This document shows, piece by piece, positions 13,091-23,941 of a DNA stretch of 64,000 bases. Every line of letters begins with the position of its first letter. The stretch's first letter is position 1. The notes below the pieces were generated by a model. That model ran no database searches, had not been told where the DNA came from, and was given only the letters and a program-made list of their open reading frames with translations. The stretch spans positions 2,018,453-2,082,452 of the forward strand of contig ML978122.1 of assembly GCA_010015805.1 (NCBI GenBank), given 5' to 3'. This stretch comes from Rhizodiscina lignyota. Lineage: Eukaryota. A program made the position numbers and the translations under genes.

Positions 13091-15621
13091 TTGGTCCAGA
13101 GGTTCTTCCGGAGGCCAATCAGGATTTTGGCACCTACGAGGCTGCGTCGGTCGGCGTTCGGTCACTGAAATTCAAGATCGCTCATGGGATACTGACGGCA
13201 ATGCATGGGGACTGCCTTTGGAGACTGCATTTGCATCGGCCCTGGCAATACCGAATCAGATCAATTCAATATTTACATGAGGCTAATACTTCTTTCTCTT
13301 TAGACGTGAACGAGGCTCGAGGTGTCCGGCGTCCGTACAGAAGTTGGCGAATCCGTAAACTGTGCTATATAGGAAGGACAGATATCCATGTTCAAATCGT
13401 ACTTTAACCGTCCTTGAAGCATCAGTAGAACAACGCACAGGAATGCACAGGTCCTGGATTGTTTGAGCTTCCAGTATTGGCGCCACCCGCGGAAGAACGG
13501 AAGAGTGTTGCAGAACAGCATCTTAGACATGGGGTAATAACCCATGCGAAAACGAACAGGTCTTTTCGCAACATACTTTAAGCACCAGAATGATGATCCG
13601 GAAGAACGAGAGTTGCACAGCGGTGGCTTGAAGAGCTCTCAATTCAAGAGTGTGCAACCCTAGATGATAGTTCCATTCGCAGCGAAGCCACCGACGCTCC
13701 TGATCGACCGTGGATACTTTCTGGAAGAGTCAAGAGAGCATTCTGGAATTTCCATTTCCATTTCATATTGCTTGCGAATATGCAGATAAAAGCCAGGCAT
13801 TCCATTTTCCTTGCTGCGTCCTTGGTGCACTAGCTATATATTAATACCATTATCATATTACATCTGCCTGCCCACACAACCCAAGCTCTGAGCTGAATAT
13901 ATTGGCTTAAGAACCCTGCTATCTGCCCGCAAATACAATCCATTAGCAAATAAAGAGACAATGAGGTTACACAAGCTTCTGCCAGGCAGATCGAATCCGC
14001 TCCAGATCCAATCGCTCTGGCACGTCGGAAAACTGCAAACCAGACGGATTAGACAAGAGAGGTGGTCGCGTGGACGGGACTGGGGGGAGACGATTCGACA
14101 GCGCTTTGCCCCATCCGCAAAGTGCACCCGACAACCCGGCGAGGAACGTCCCCCACACCTCTGCGTTTGTCACCATGCATGGCGCCGATATCAACGACAG
14201 CCGGCATGCCCCTTCCAGCAACGCCTTGCATGCATTGTCTTACTACTCGTCGCTCTTCTCGCGCGCCATTCGCAGAGTTCCTTTTACCTCCCGCTAGCTT
14301 TGTTAGTTTTGAGCTCGAGCATACGCCTGCTGTACCGCGATGAACGATCCACAGCAGCAAGTCGGCGCGGAGCGCTCGTATGACCCTTTGAGCATGCAGC
14401 TAGCGGCTCGGGAGACAGGCAAGAACTAGTAATCTCCACCTGATCTTCTTCTCACTTCAAGCCATTCCGCAGGTGCCGAGTCTGGACTGGCATTCGGCAT
14501 GTCGAGTATATCAGGGCCTGCTGCCGCTGCTCCCTTTAGGCACGCTGTCTTTCCAGGAACGGCATCCACGACCACGATTCACGACGCTGTCCCGTCATCG
14601 TCAATTTATACGGCTCTCCAAAACCCCCAGTCCACTCCACGCCCAGCCCTGCAATCTGCAATACACTCGTCTCCACCCCCACGGCGCACGTCGATCCCAT
14701 CTGTATCATTGACTGGCGACCTGATCGCAGCAGCGGCACCACAGCAGTCACCGCAGCCCAGAAGCGACGGCTTCAACGTTCTTCCCAGCAGTACATACCA
14801 ACTGGTTTACGCCCAATCCCAAAACCTGATTCTCGGTCTCGGTCTCGTTCACAGTGGTCTTGTGACTGCACCTCTCCTCTTCTTGCTTTGCCCCGCGCCA
14901 AAAGCAAATGCAAGTAAGCTCCGGGCATTAATCAACGACGACGGCCGCTCTCCGCATTTGTCGCCCTGCTGTTGAACACGTACGAGGAATAGCTGCATTG
15001 GCGGACTTCTCGTGCAGTACAGCAAGCCATCAACGACTCAGCCTCAGACGCCTCACGTGGGATACTTGCACGACCCAACCTGAACTTCTAATAGCAGCCA
15101 TTCCCATCCATCCCTACAGGCTGCCCTCTCTCACTACCCCGCAAGAAAGTACCTGCTTTTGCCCTACATTTCCTGTGGTCCATATCCCCGTATTTGCTTT
15201 CCACCGTCCACTCCCTTTTAAAGTCGATCCTCGCTCAAAGGCATATTGATGTCGGTTGATTTGCGCCAAGCTTTCACGTCTTTGCGCTTTCCTTCTCGTA
15301 TCGAGTCGGTCTCAAGATCACAATTGTCTAGAGACCATACCGGTGCTAGTATTAGACCTGCTGAAAAAGATTGAAGGATCAGTTTCCATAATTTTCGTAA
15401 GGATTCCATTGTCCGCAAAAGAAATTATTCGTGCTAACGTCATTCCAATAGTTCTGCGGTTGCACGACTAGATCAATACTGTCGTTTATCCAAAACATAT
15501 TTGAACCCAACTACGTGAAATAGGTCTTCACGCTGGCTTGCCACCCGGCGACCCGTATTCACAAGCATACCGGCCGGTCACACATCGATCTTAGTACAGG
15601 TCCACGAAGCAAATCACAATC

Positions 15622-16520
15622 ATGGATAAAGGTCTCGTCGCAACAGCTACCATTATCGAGTCGAAACCAACCTTGAATGGCATTGGACATTCCAGCATTT
15701 CACCCAAGCCCATCAATGGCGCCATGAAACCGAACATCACCGTGCTGCCAAAGACTTCGAATGCCAACGACGTCCGCATTGTCTCCCCGGCTGAGTACAA
15801 GGAGGTGGCAGCATGTCTGGCCGAAGCATTCAAGGATGATCACCTCGCTCGGTATTTCATTGACGTTCCCGATCGTGAGCACTGGACCGAAGAGGAGAGG
15901 TGGGATCTCCACGTCTGCATCATGGAGTACATCACGTATGCGCATTGCTTGAAGGGCCTCGTGACTACCATCGGTGATGATTATGGCTGTGTTGCCCTCT
16001 GGTATGTCAATCCCCTCACCTCCTTCAATATTTCACGTGGTGTCGCCAATGACTCCATCGAGAGCACATATGAAAACAGAAACGCTGACATCAACTCAGG
16101 ATGCCGCCGGGCAAAAACATGGACGACATGCTCACCATCTTCCGTTCTGGCATGTGGCGCCTGCAATACCAGCTCTCCAACGAAGGCAAGCGTCGTTTCT
16201 TCACCGAATTCCTGCCCTTGCTGCACGACACGAAAACGAAGATCCTCGGCGCCCGCGACGAGGAGTCCTGGTACCTCGTGTACATTGGCACCAAAGTGGC
16301 CGCGCGCGGTAAAGGATACGCGAGGAAGCTAATCACACATATAACTGACATTGCAGATTCAGAGGGGAGAGCGTGTTACTTGGAGAGCAGCAATGACGTT
16401 AATCCGATCATTTACGGGAAGATGGGATTTGAGATTAAGAGGAAGATTCATCTGCAGAGGGCGGAAGAGGACATTGAGCTAGACATTATGGTGAGAGAAC
16501 CGAAGGGAGAAAGGAATTGA
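15622..16520 (+). CDS. GNAT-family N-acetyltransferase
   Basis: Intron 16002-16099 joins CVALW to MPPGKNMDD. Acetyl-CoA motif YLVYIGTKVAARGKGYARKL and CYLESSNDVNPIIYGKMGF. Confidence 0.9.
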
Positions 16521-16905
16521 GAACTCAGAAGCATTGGGGGACGTACGGCGATGGCGCGGGGATGATCAGAATGGTACGGGTTAGGATCTCTGCATATTAA
16601 TGGCTCTTTATATCAGGAAAATACAATTTTCCTTTTATTAGATTTCATTTTCTTCTCCTAGTTCTTTAAGTCCCAGTTGTTTCAAGCGCGGAGCTCAGGA
16701 CAAGTCCATATGAGCAAACAGCTGCCTGAAGCTCCGCGGCACCTCCTGAACACCTCACACCGCAAGCTTTCACTGCGCTGAATCGGACTTTTTCTTAGCT
16801 CGGTGATGAACACACCACCACCCGTAAATCATATGAAGATCCGGAACACCTTGCTTCCTTCAACCAACTCCGATCTTCTCCCGAGCAGAGTTCATAACCT
16901 CCAAT

Positions 16906-17961
16906 ATGGCTACCAACAGTGTCGCCAACGACATGTCTCATATTCACAAGGTTCTCTTAATCTGTGAGTCGTGGTCTCCGGCCGAGATCAACAAAGCAAT
17001 CACAGCTCTGCAGTGCCTAGCTGCTGTGAGGGAGAAGCATCCGGCGGAAGGTCTTCCAGCACCGAGCATGCCCACCACGTCTGAACCAGCTACACCTTCT
17101 CCTAGCCCTCTATTGCGACCTTTCGTCTTTACGGAGCTTCCTGCCGAACTACGAAATATCATCTACGAATACGTCCTTGTGCCTCCGTCGGGAAGCGTGG
17201 CTTTGGCTTCTCAAAGTTCCGAACCGCGCCTCGATATCAACCTCCTCTGCACCAACAAGGAGATTCATCGCGAGGCAAAAGCACTTTTCTACGAGAAGGC
17301 TGCGCTCTACCTGAAGGTGTCGTGGGAGTCACTCTTTCCCGCCGTCCCAGCAAAACAAGAGCCTTGGGTGTCGGAGGAACTTTACAGGCAGGATTACCAG
17401 GTTAACAAGCAGCTGTATGCGAAAGGGGGATATGGAGAACTACCCACGCCAACGACATATCCATGGGAAGCCATTTCGAGATTCCACACTGTCGACGTCA
17501 GCGTCGTTATGCTCCCGACTTGCATCCTCGCGGACAACTTCAAGATCGTGCCGCACTTCCTGCAAATGATCGAGGTCATGCCGCACCCACAACACAGGAG
17601 GAGGATCAGCTTCGACATGTTCTACAGAGGACTGCTCTCCAGCGACGAAACCGAAGAGCTGCGCACTGTCATGGACGCGATTCTCTCCGCCAGCTTTGCG
17701 GCCCACGTGCAGCAAGACACTCTCCGACAGTGTTCGAGTAGCGAAATACACATACTACCCGATTTCGCAATCGCTGCGCTCGACGAGGACAACCCAGGCG
17801 ACCTCGATGAAATCTGGTTCACATTTGGCCAGGATCCGTACACGAATACCATTCACACCCACTTCCAGAACTGGAGCCCGTACGAGGCCAAGCCGGCCGG
17901 CGGATATTGCGGTTGGATTTATGACAGAATGCAGTGGCGTGCGTGTCGCGACCCCTCTTGA
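16906..17961 (+). CDS. Hypothetical protein with an F-box-like N-terminal motif (fungal expanded family)
   Basis: 351-aa single-exon ORF with FTELPAELRNIIYEYVL...LLCTNKEIHREAKALFY. Confidence 0.75.
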   Translation: MATNSVANDMSHIHKVLLICESWSPAEINKAITALQCLAAVREKHPAEGLPAPSMPTTSEPATPSPSPLLRPFVFTELPAELRNIIYEYVLVPPSGSVALASQSSEPRLDINLLCTNKEIHREAKALFYEKAALYLKVSWESLFPAVPAKQEPWVSEELYRQDYQVNKQLYAKGGYGELPTPTTYPWEAISRFHTVDVSVVMLPTCILADNFKIVPHFLQMIEVMPHPQHRRRISFDMFYRGLLSSDETEELRTVMDAILSASFAAHVQQDTLRQCSSSEIHILPDFAIAALDEDNPGDLDEIWFTFGQDPYTNTIHTHFQNWSPYEAKPAGGYCGWIYDRMQWRACRDPS

Positions 17962-18333
17962 TGAGGTGGATACGGTTCGGGGGTACTTGGAGAGTTGTTT
18001 TGGGGCATTGAATGGAGTGCTTTCAATCTGGATATCATTCGCTGCCTTTAAAGGTACATATTTTGATTTGGTAGAGGTTTTGTGATTTCAGAAGCAGCGA
18101 TAGGGCATAGCCAGTCCAATAGAGGGCAAATTGAGTTGATTGGAGCCGCGGCATCTTCATAAAACAACACTTCCATGTCACGTGCTCCGCACAAGCGATG
18201 AGCCACCTCAAACAATGAAGCATCACAGCTAAGTCAACCAAAAATAAAATAAAATACCGCGTATTTTTTTTTAAAGGAAAAATACTATCTAGATGCTGAA
18301 AAAAGGGGGGATTTGGAAAATAAAAGTGCAAAA

Positions 18334-18388
18334 CCTAACTGGCTCCCCGAATCGAAATCGAACTCTTCGATTCGGGGAGACAGTAAGG
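18334..18388. repeat. Inverted repeat / hairpin with a 14-bp perfect core
   Basis: CTCCCCGAATCGAA (18343-18356) pairs with TTCGATTCGGGGAG (18366-18379) around a 9-nt loop. The stem extends to ~23 bp with two mismatches. Confidence 0.9.
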
Positions 18389-18983
18389 GAAACCAGACTG
18401 ACTGAGTTTATTAGGAAGGGCGGGGGCCCTTTGCGGTTATGCCACTAGTTATTCAGTGTGCATGTCGAAAAACCACATGAGACCTAAAACTTAAATTCAA
18501 TATAAGTGTTCATAATTTGCTGTTGGTGTCAGGAGGTGCCCAGAACGTCCTAGCGCGTGAGCACGTGCATTCGTGTATTATAGGATTTCTCCTTCAGAGA
18601 TTTCTCTCTTCAATCAATCCACGAGATTCACAACTTCGTGCTTGCTGTGCCGAGGCCGAGAAAGCCCTAGCGCTAAGAGGATAGCTAGTAAAGCATAAGT
18701 ATGTCCAGCAGTATGCTATTATCACAAACACTCCAAAGCCGGCGGGACCAACTTTTCACAGGTAGTATTATTGCTTTACGGATTTAAATGCGAGAGCTGC
18801 TCGTCCTTGGGCGTTGTAGCTTGCAGAAGATGTATTCAGACCTTTTTCGTTTCAATTTCCTAACAAAAAAAACACCGGGCCATTTGATATGGGCGTGTCT
18901 CTACTTTTTACCGACAGCGCTATGGAACAATGCTTTCAAAACGAACAAATACAAAGACAAAAGAACGCCGACCGAAGAAGCCC

Positions 18984-21900
18984 TTATGATGTTTCAGGCT
19001 TCTTCCCCTTCCCTGAATCGCCCTCTTCGCTATCGTTTACCGAATCGTCCCCGTCACCGGGGACATCTCCGCCCATCTCCTCCATCTCCTTATCCTTCGC
19101 CCTCTCCCTTTCCCGGCCCCTCTCCTCCTCTCGACTCCGCCGTGTTTCGGCATCCATGATCTCCGGCTCGCCTTTGAAGGGACCGACGATAAAGTTGGGT
19201 GTCATCTCGACCGTCTGGCTGGGCGGGATACCCACGCCCAAGTGCAGTGGGTCTTGTAGTGGATCTGCAACGAGGACAGGGTCCTCGTGCCGCGTGTCGG
19301 GATGCACTTCGATGCCCGCCTGCGATTCGAGATCCGCCCTGTTGTTCGTTCGCGCGAATTTCATAGAGTCCGAGTCGTCGTGGCCGCGCTCTATGGGCGA
19401 CCAGCCCGCGATACTGCCGGCAACAATACCCGCCATTGCAGTTGCGGCGCCGAACGCGCTGTTTGAGCGTGATCGGCCGCGCTTGCGGGAGCGACTCTCG
19501 GGTGTCGGGGCGCTCGGTGTACCGCCGTGTTCCTGGCGATCTTCCTCGGTGGGAGTCTGAGGAAGGTCGTGCGAGCTTGAGAGGCGGGAGCCTGATCGGG
19601 AGCGGAGGAGTTCGCGAGGGTGAGTCATCTTCCACTTGAGATGAGTGATGCGGCCCCCGCGCATTCTACGGATGAAGGTGAGCTCGTCGCGGATCTCAAG
19701 CATGCCTGGGTTCCATTGGAACTGCTCGTTCTCATCTTCGAGAAGGAGACTTGGTGCAGCCTTGCGCTTGAAGGCCCGTGGGATGAGTCGTAGGACGAAG
19801 TCGTCAGGGACGAGGCGGATGATGACGCCAATGGGAATAGAGAGGGCGCCGAGGATGAGAGATATACCCCATTGTGCGCCGTTCAGACGGTCGACCGTAA
19901 GCGCCGCGCCGCCAATATAAATGATCATAACTTGGCCGCCAACCATGATGAGGTTGATGGCAATGAAGAAATAGTTGCGCTGAATCCCTTCAAAGATGTT
20001 GAACCGGTTGTCCAAGCGGCGGTTGTTAAGTTGATTGAAAATCTGCATCCACACAAAAGTGTTGAAGACAAGAGTATCGAGGTTTAGCCAGTTCTTGAAA
20101 GCCGCGTATTGAGGGTCGTGACGAATCATCGTCTTAGTCACACCATCTGGTGGCGCGTTGTACCCTAGGATCGAGGCACCTGCGAAATGAAGTACGAACG
20201 TGACAACGAGCTGATAAATGGCTTGCCCGATAATCATCTTCCACATTGTCAAGGTAATGAGTGGTGCAGATTTAGGGTCGGGCTTGCGGTCGAGCATGCT
20301 TCGAGTGGGAGGATCGGTAGCAAGTGCGAGTGCGGCAAAAGTGTCCATGATGAGGTTGACCCAGAGCAGCTGGACAGCTGTGAGCACGGAGCTTTGATCC
20401 GAGCTTGCAACCGCGGAGACAAAGGTGAGGGCCACGGCGGTGATGTTAACCGTGATTTGAAACTGCAAGAACTTCTTGACAGCGTCATTGACCGCACGAC
20501 CCCAAAGCAGCGCCTTAACGATAGACGAGAAGTTGTCGTCCATAAGAATGATGGCTGACGCTTCCTTTGCAACTTCAGTACCAGCGATACCCATGGAAAA
20601 GCCGACGTCTGCAGTCTTGAGCGCAGGGGCATCATTGGTTCCATCACCTGTAACAGCAACGGTCTCGCCGAGCTCCTTGAGCCTCTTGACCAGAACACGC
20701 TTGTCCTCTGGGCTCGATCGAGCAAGTACGCAAAGCTTTGGAATAGCCTGGTTCATTTCCCTCTTGCTGAGCTTTCGGAACTTCGGGCCTTCCATGACCA
20801 TGCCGCCTGGGACGAGGATGCCGCAATCCTGAGCGATTGCGCGGGCGGTCTCGACATTATCACCAGTAACCATGCGAACGAAGACACCAGCATGCTGGCA
20901 ATCTTCCACGGCTTCTCTAACCCCTGGTCGCAGTGGGTCTTGGATACCAACGACTCCGAGGAAGGTCATATCACGGAAGATGCTGTCAAAGTCTGCCTGG
21001 GTCGGGTCATCTTGCCACGTCTTGAATCCTTGAGGAGGCCACTGTTGATCAAAATCGCGGTAGAGGAATGCAATCGTTCGCAGCGAGCGCGAGGCATATG
21101 ACGAGATGACATGGCCAAGTAGTTCCCTCTGTTCATTGCTCATCTCAACAGCGTTGAGATCTCTTGTCGGGTCCACAATGATCTTCGCGGCGTGCGCGAG
21201 TAGGATTTCGGAAGCGCCTTTGACATACATCCTGTGCCTGCCGTCGTTGAGTTTGACGACAGCAGCCATACACTTCCTGCCAGAATCGAATGGCACAAAC
21301 TGGGGGATGTTCGCATTGGATCGCTCCACGTTCACGTCGCCCATGCCAAGGTATTCGCGAGCAAAGTTTAGCAACGCAGTCTCAGTCTTGGAGCCAATGA
21401 AAGCTGGCTTGCCGTCTTCCTCGCCCTCGAATGCGGTAGAGTTGACGACAATCTCCTGTTCAAAGAGCTCTCTGACTTCCTTGCCAAGTGATTCGGCAAA
21501 ACCTGACGCAGTTTCATCGGTGTCGACGACATCGTCTTCGGCGCCATCAGTCGCACCACGGGAGTGGATGTTGCCATTCGGTTGATTGGTCGGCTTGCCC
21601 TTATTTCCAAACTTTGCGCTTGTGCCCAAGACGCCGGCAACGACTGTCATCTTGTTCTGGGTCAAAGTGCCTGTCTTGTCAGAGCAAATTGTGGTGGCAT
21701 TTCCCATGGTTTCACAAGATCGCAGCAATCGCACCAAGTTGTTGTCCTTCAGCATTCGCGTGGTTGCGAAAGCGAGAGCCAGCGTAACTGCGAGAGGTAA
21801 TCCCTCAGGGACTGCGACGACGACAACTGTGATGGCCTGAATCAAGATGTTCAAGAAGTGCTGGCCTTTCTGAGCCGGTGAATCCGTGCTTCCCTTCAAG

Positions 21901-23513
21901 TTCACGAGGAACTCGATGAGCAGCACAATGAAGAGGAGTAGAGCAGCTGCACCACCCAGTTTCGCAATGTACTCCGCCAAGGTGTTGAGCTTCGATTGCA
22001 GGGGAGTGACCTCGTTCTCTTCTCGTAGGCTCATCATCGTCTTGCCGTAGCTGGAGTGGATACCGGTCGACGTAACAAGGAACGATCCAACGCCTTCTGA
22101 GACCTTCGCGCCAGAGAGAATGAAAGGATCCATTTTCTTCAAATCCATGTGCTTGTCGATTGCGTCGTAGACCTCGTCTGCGGGTGTCTTTCTCAGCAAG
22201 TCGGATTCTCCAGTCGCCGATGATTCGTCGCATTTAACACCATGCCCTTCGATGAAAACTCCATCCACTGGCACCATGTCTCCGGGTTCCAGAAGGACAA
22301 CATCGCCGACGAAAATATCATGGACGTTTATTTCCCTGGTCTTGCCGGACCGAATGACCTTGATCAACCTGTCGTCCTTTTTCTTGTTCAGCTTGACAAA
22401 TTGCCTCTCTTTCTGCCAATCGTTCAAAGCTCCGACCACGACGACGATCAATATGGCAACCATAATTGCAACACCTTCGACCCATTCCACGGGAGCCTCG
22501 CCGTCCTCATGTGTTTGACCAAATGTTTCGTAGAGACCCAACGCCAGTGATATTACAGCTGCAATGGTAAGTAATATTAAAACCTTGTCATTGTAGGCCA
22601 TCCACGCGAGCTTGAAGATACTCTTCGCTTTTCGTTCTGGTAACCGATTGTCGCTGAATACTCGTTTTCGGTCGGCGTAAGCCGCGTCTTTTTGTCTCCG
22701 GCTCCCTCTCGTCCCGGATGTTTCGCTTCGTTTCAAAGTTTGAGTTCTCGATGGATTGTGCGCAGCTCCTATTGCATCATCGAACGAGACGCCTCCATCT
22801 AACTCTTCCTCGTCCATACTCAGGCCTGCAGATCTGTCCGTCCTCAGCCCCATTTCGAGTCCCCTGAGTCCGCCTAACGCATGAAACGCAGCCAAGCTCT
22901 TTGGATTCAGCATCTTGCCCAACTGTCCCGGGGAATATGCGAATTTGTTATTCTCCACTTCAAAGTCCGCCTCTGTCCCAGGATCTGGTTTCAGTGCCTC
23001 ATCGTCACCAATGATTTCCTGCGCTTTCACTCCAGCGCCCTTCTGATGTTCCGACCCCGGTGATGGAGTCATTGCAATGGTGGTACTATCCGCAAATGAC
23101 GATACGCCCGATGCACTCGACTGCCCACCATCTGTGTCGAAGGAGTTATTTCTTGATCGCGTCCCGGGGACTTCGAGGAAGTGGTGTGTGCCTCGCGATG
23201 TCGGTGATGAAACGTTGTGTGGTGACTGTGGTCGATAGCTCTCGAAGGAAGGGGCATTTCGTAGCTCGACTGGTGATGCTTGTGACGGCGGTTGAGACGG
23301 TGGTAATGATGGCGCCGCTGTGGAGGATTCATCATCTCGGTCGTCATATTGAACGTGTGGTATGTTTTCTGATTGCCCCATGTCGGTCTGTTGGTTAACT
23401 GCAGATGTGTCGATGGTTATAGTAGGTGCTCTCGGTCTCCGTCCGGGGCCAGGCGATGGTGTATTTCGGCCTTCACCTCCCGGGGGACCTTTATTTGTTT
23501 CAAGAGACATCAT
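18984..23513 (-). CDS. PMC1: P-type IIB Ca2+-transporting ATPase (PMC1/PMCA type), intronless CDS
   Basis: 1509-aa ORF with TGES, VPEGLPLAVT, the phosphorylation motif DKTGTLT, KGASE, TGDN, GDGTNDAPAL and LWVNLIMDT. Confidence 0.95.
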   Translation of the reverse strand: MMSLETNKGPPGGEGRNTPSPGPGRRPRAPTITIDTSAVNQQTDMGQSENIPHVQYDDRDDESSTAAPSLPPSQPPSQASPVELRNAPSFESYRPQSPHNVSSPTSRGTHHFLEVPGTRSRNNSFDTDGGQSSASGVSSFADSTTIAMTPSPGSEHQKGAGVKAQEIIGDDEALKPDPGTEADFEVENNKFAYSPGQLGKMLNPKSLAAFHALGGLRGLEMGLRTDRSAGLSMDEEELDGGVSFDDAIGAAHNPSRTQTLKRSETSGTRGSRRQKDAAYADRKRVFSDNRLPERKAKSIFKLAWMAYNDKVLILLTIAAVISLALGLYETFGQTHEDGEAPVEWVEGVAIMVAILIVVVVGALNDWQKERQFVKLNKKKDDRLIKVIRSGKTREINVHDIFVGDVVLLEPGDMVPVDGVFIEGHGVKCDESSATGESDLLRKTPADEVYDAIDKHMDLKKMDPFILSGAKVSEGVGSFLVTSTGIHSSYGKTMMSLREENEVTPLQSKLNTLAEYIAKLGGAAALLLFIVLLIEFLVNLKGSTDSPAQKGQHFLNILIQAITVVVVAVPEGLPLAVTLALAFATTRMLKDNNLVRLLRSCETMGNATTICSDKTGTLTQNKMTVVAGVLGTSAKFGNKGKPTNQPNGNIHSRGATDGAEDDVVDTDETASGFAESLGKEVRELFEQEIVVNSTAFEGEEDGKPAFIGSKTETALLNFAREYLGMGDVNVERSNANIPQFVPFDSGRKCMAAVVKLNDGRHRMYVKGASEILLAHAAKIIVDPTRDLNAVEMSNEQRELLGHVISSYASRSLRTIAFLYRDFDQQWPPQGFKTWQDDPTQADFDSIFRDMTFLGVVGIQDPLRPGVREAVEDCQHAGVFVRMVTGDNVETARAIAQDCGILVPGGMVMEGPKFRKLSKREMNQAIPKLCVLARSSPEDKRVLVKRLKELGETVAVTGDGTNDAPALKTADVGFSMGIAGTEVAKEASAIILMDDNFSSIVKALLWGRAVNDAVKKFLQFQITVNITAVALTFVSAVASSDQSSVLTAVQLLWVNLIMDTFAALALATDPPTRSMLDRKPDPKSAPLITLTMWKMIIGQAIYQLVVTFVLHFAGASILGYNAPPDGVTKTMIRHDPQYAAFKNWLNLDTLVFNTFVWMQIFNQLNNRRLDNRFNIFEGIQRNYFFIAINLIMVGGQVMIIYIGGAALTVDRLNGAQWGISLILGALSIPIGVIIRLVPDDFVLRLIPRAFKRKAAPSLLLEDENEQFQWNPGMLEIRDELTFIRRMRGGRITHLKWKMTHPRELLRSRSGSRLSSSHDLPQTPTEEDRQEHGGTPSAPTPESRSRKRGRSRSNSAFGAATAMAGIVAGSIAGWSPIERGHDDSDSMKFARTNNRADLESQAGIEVHPDTRHEDPVLVADPLQDPLHLGVGIPPSQTVEMTPNFIVGPFKGEPEIMDAETRRSREEERGRERERAKDKEMEEMGGDVPGDGDDSVNDSEEGDSGKGKKPETS

Positions 23514-23566
23514 TGCAGGCTGCAGTAATGCGCCACAACCATCTGTCCTTTAAGATCCCTTGCAGT

Positions 23567-23941
23567 GAGGCTGATAGGGTGTCTTGGTTCTACCAAGCCC
23601 TGGAATCAGAATCAAAGCCGGCTGAAGGCGACGTCTGCGAGTACAAACGAGGCTGAAGGAGAAGGCAACTTGGCGAATCACCGGTGAGAAGTCATAGGTA
23701 TTATACTGAGGGTAGGCTGTGCAGCGGTATCCTGCTCGAAGAAAGATGCGGTTGGTGTCGGAATCCGCTAGGTACCCTGAAAGTTGATGGGAAAGTCTGG
23801 AAGAAAGCACAAGACGTTAGCCAAGAGTCGAATTGAAAATGTCTAGCACGCGACTGCCCCAGAAGCCGCGCCACTGATGTGTCCCGTCGAGCCTGCCGAA
23901 GTGTGGAGATATCGACACTGCCACACAACGATCTGAGGCTG
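23567..23941. promoter_or_regulatory. Three GAGGCTG motifs (candidate Crz1/CrzA calcineurin-response elements) upstream of PMC1
   Basis: GAGGCTG at 23567-23573, 23649-23655 and 23935-23941, all within 430 bp of the PMC1 ATG. Confidence 0.45.

Noticed and set aside
13612..13658. Imperfect hairpin GTTGCACA...TGTGCAAC with inner CTTGAA/TTCAAG
   Set aside because: The stems are short and interrupted, compatible with chance in 64 kb.
18340..18485. tRNA on the minus strand (GTTCGA, TAGTGG and a ...GCCA end)
   Set aside because: No paired D- or T-stem, and the B-box is imperfect. GTTCGA lies within the long hairpin.
18570..18690. U3- or U2-like snRNA (TATAGGATTTCT; TTCTCGGCCT on the minus strand)
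   Set aside because: Only short word matches; boxes A/B/C/D and the U2 GTAGTA branch-pairing sequence are absent.
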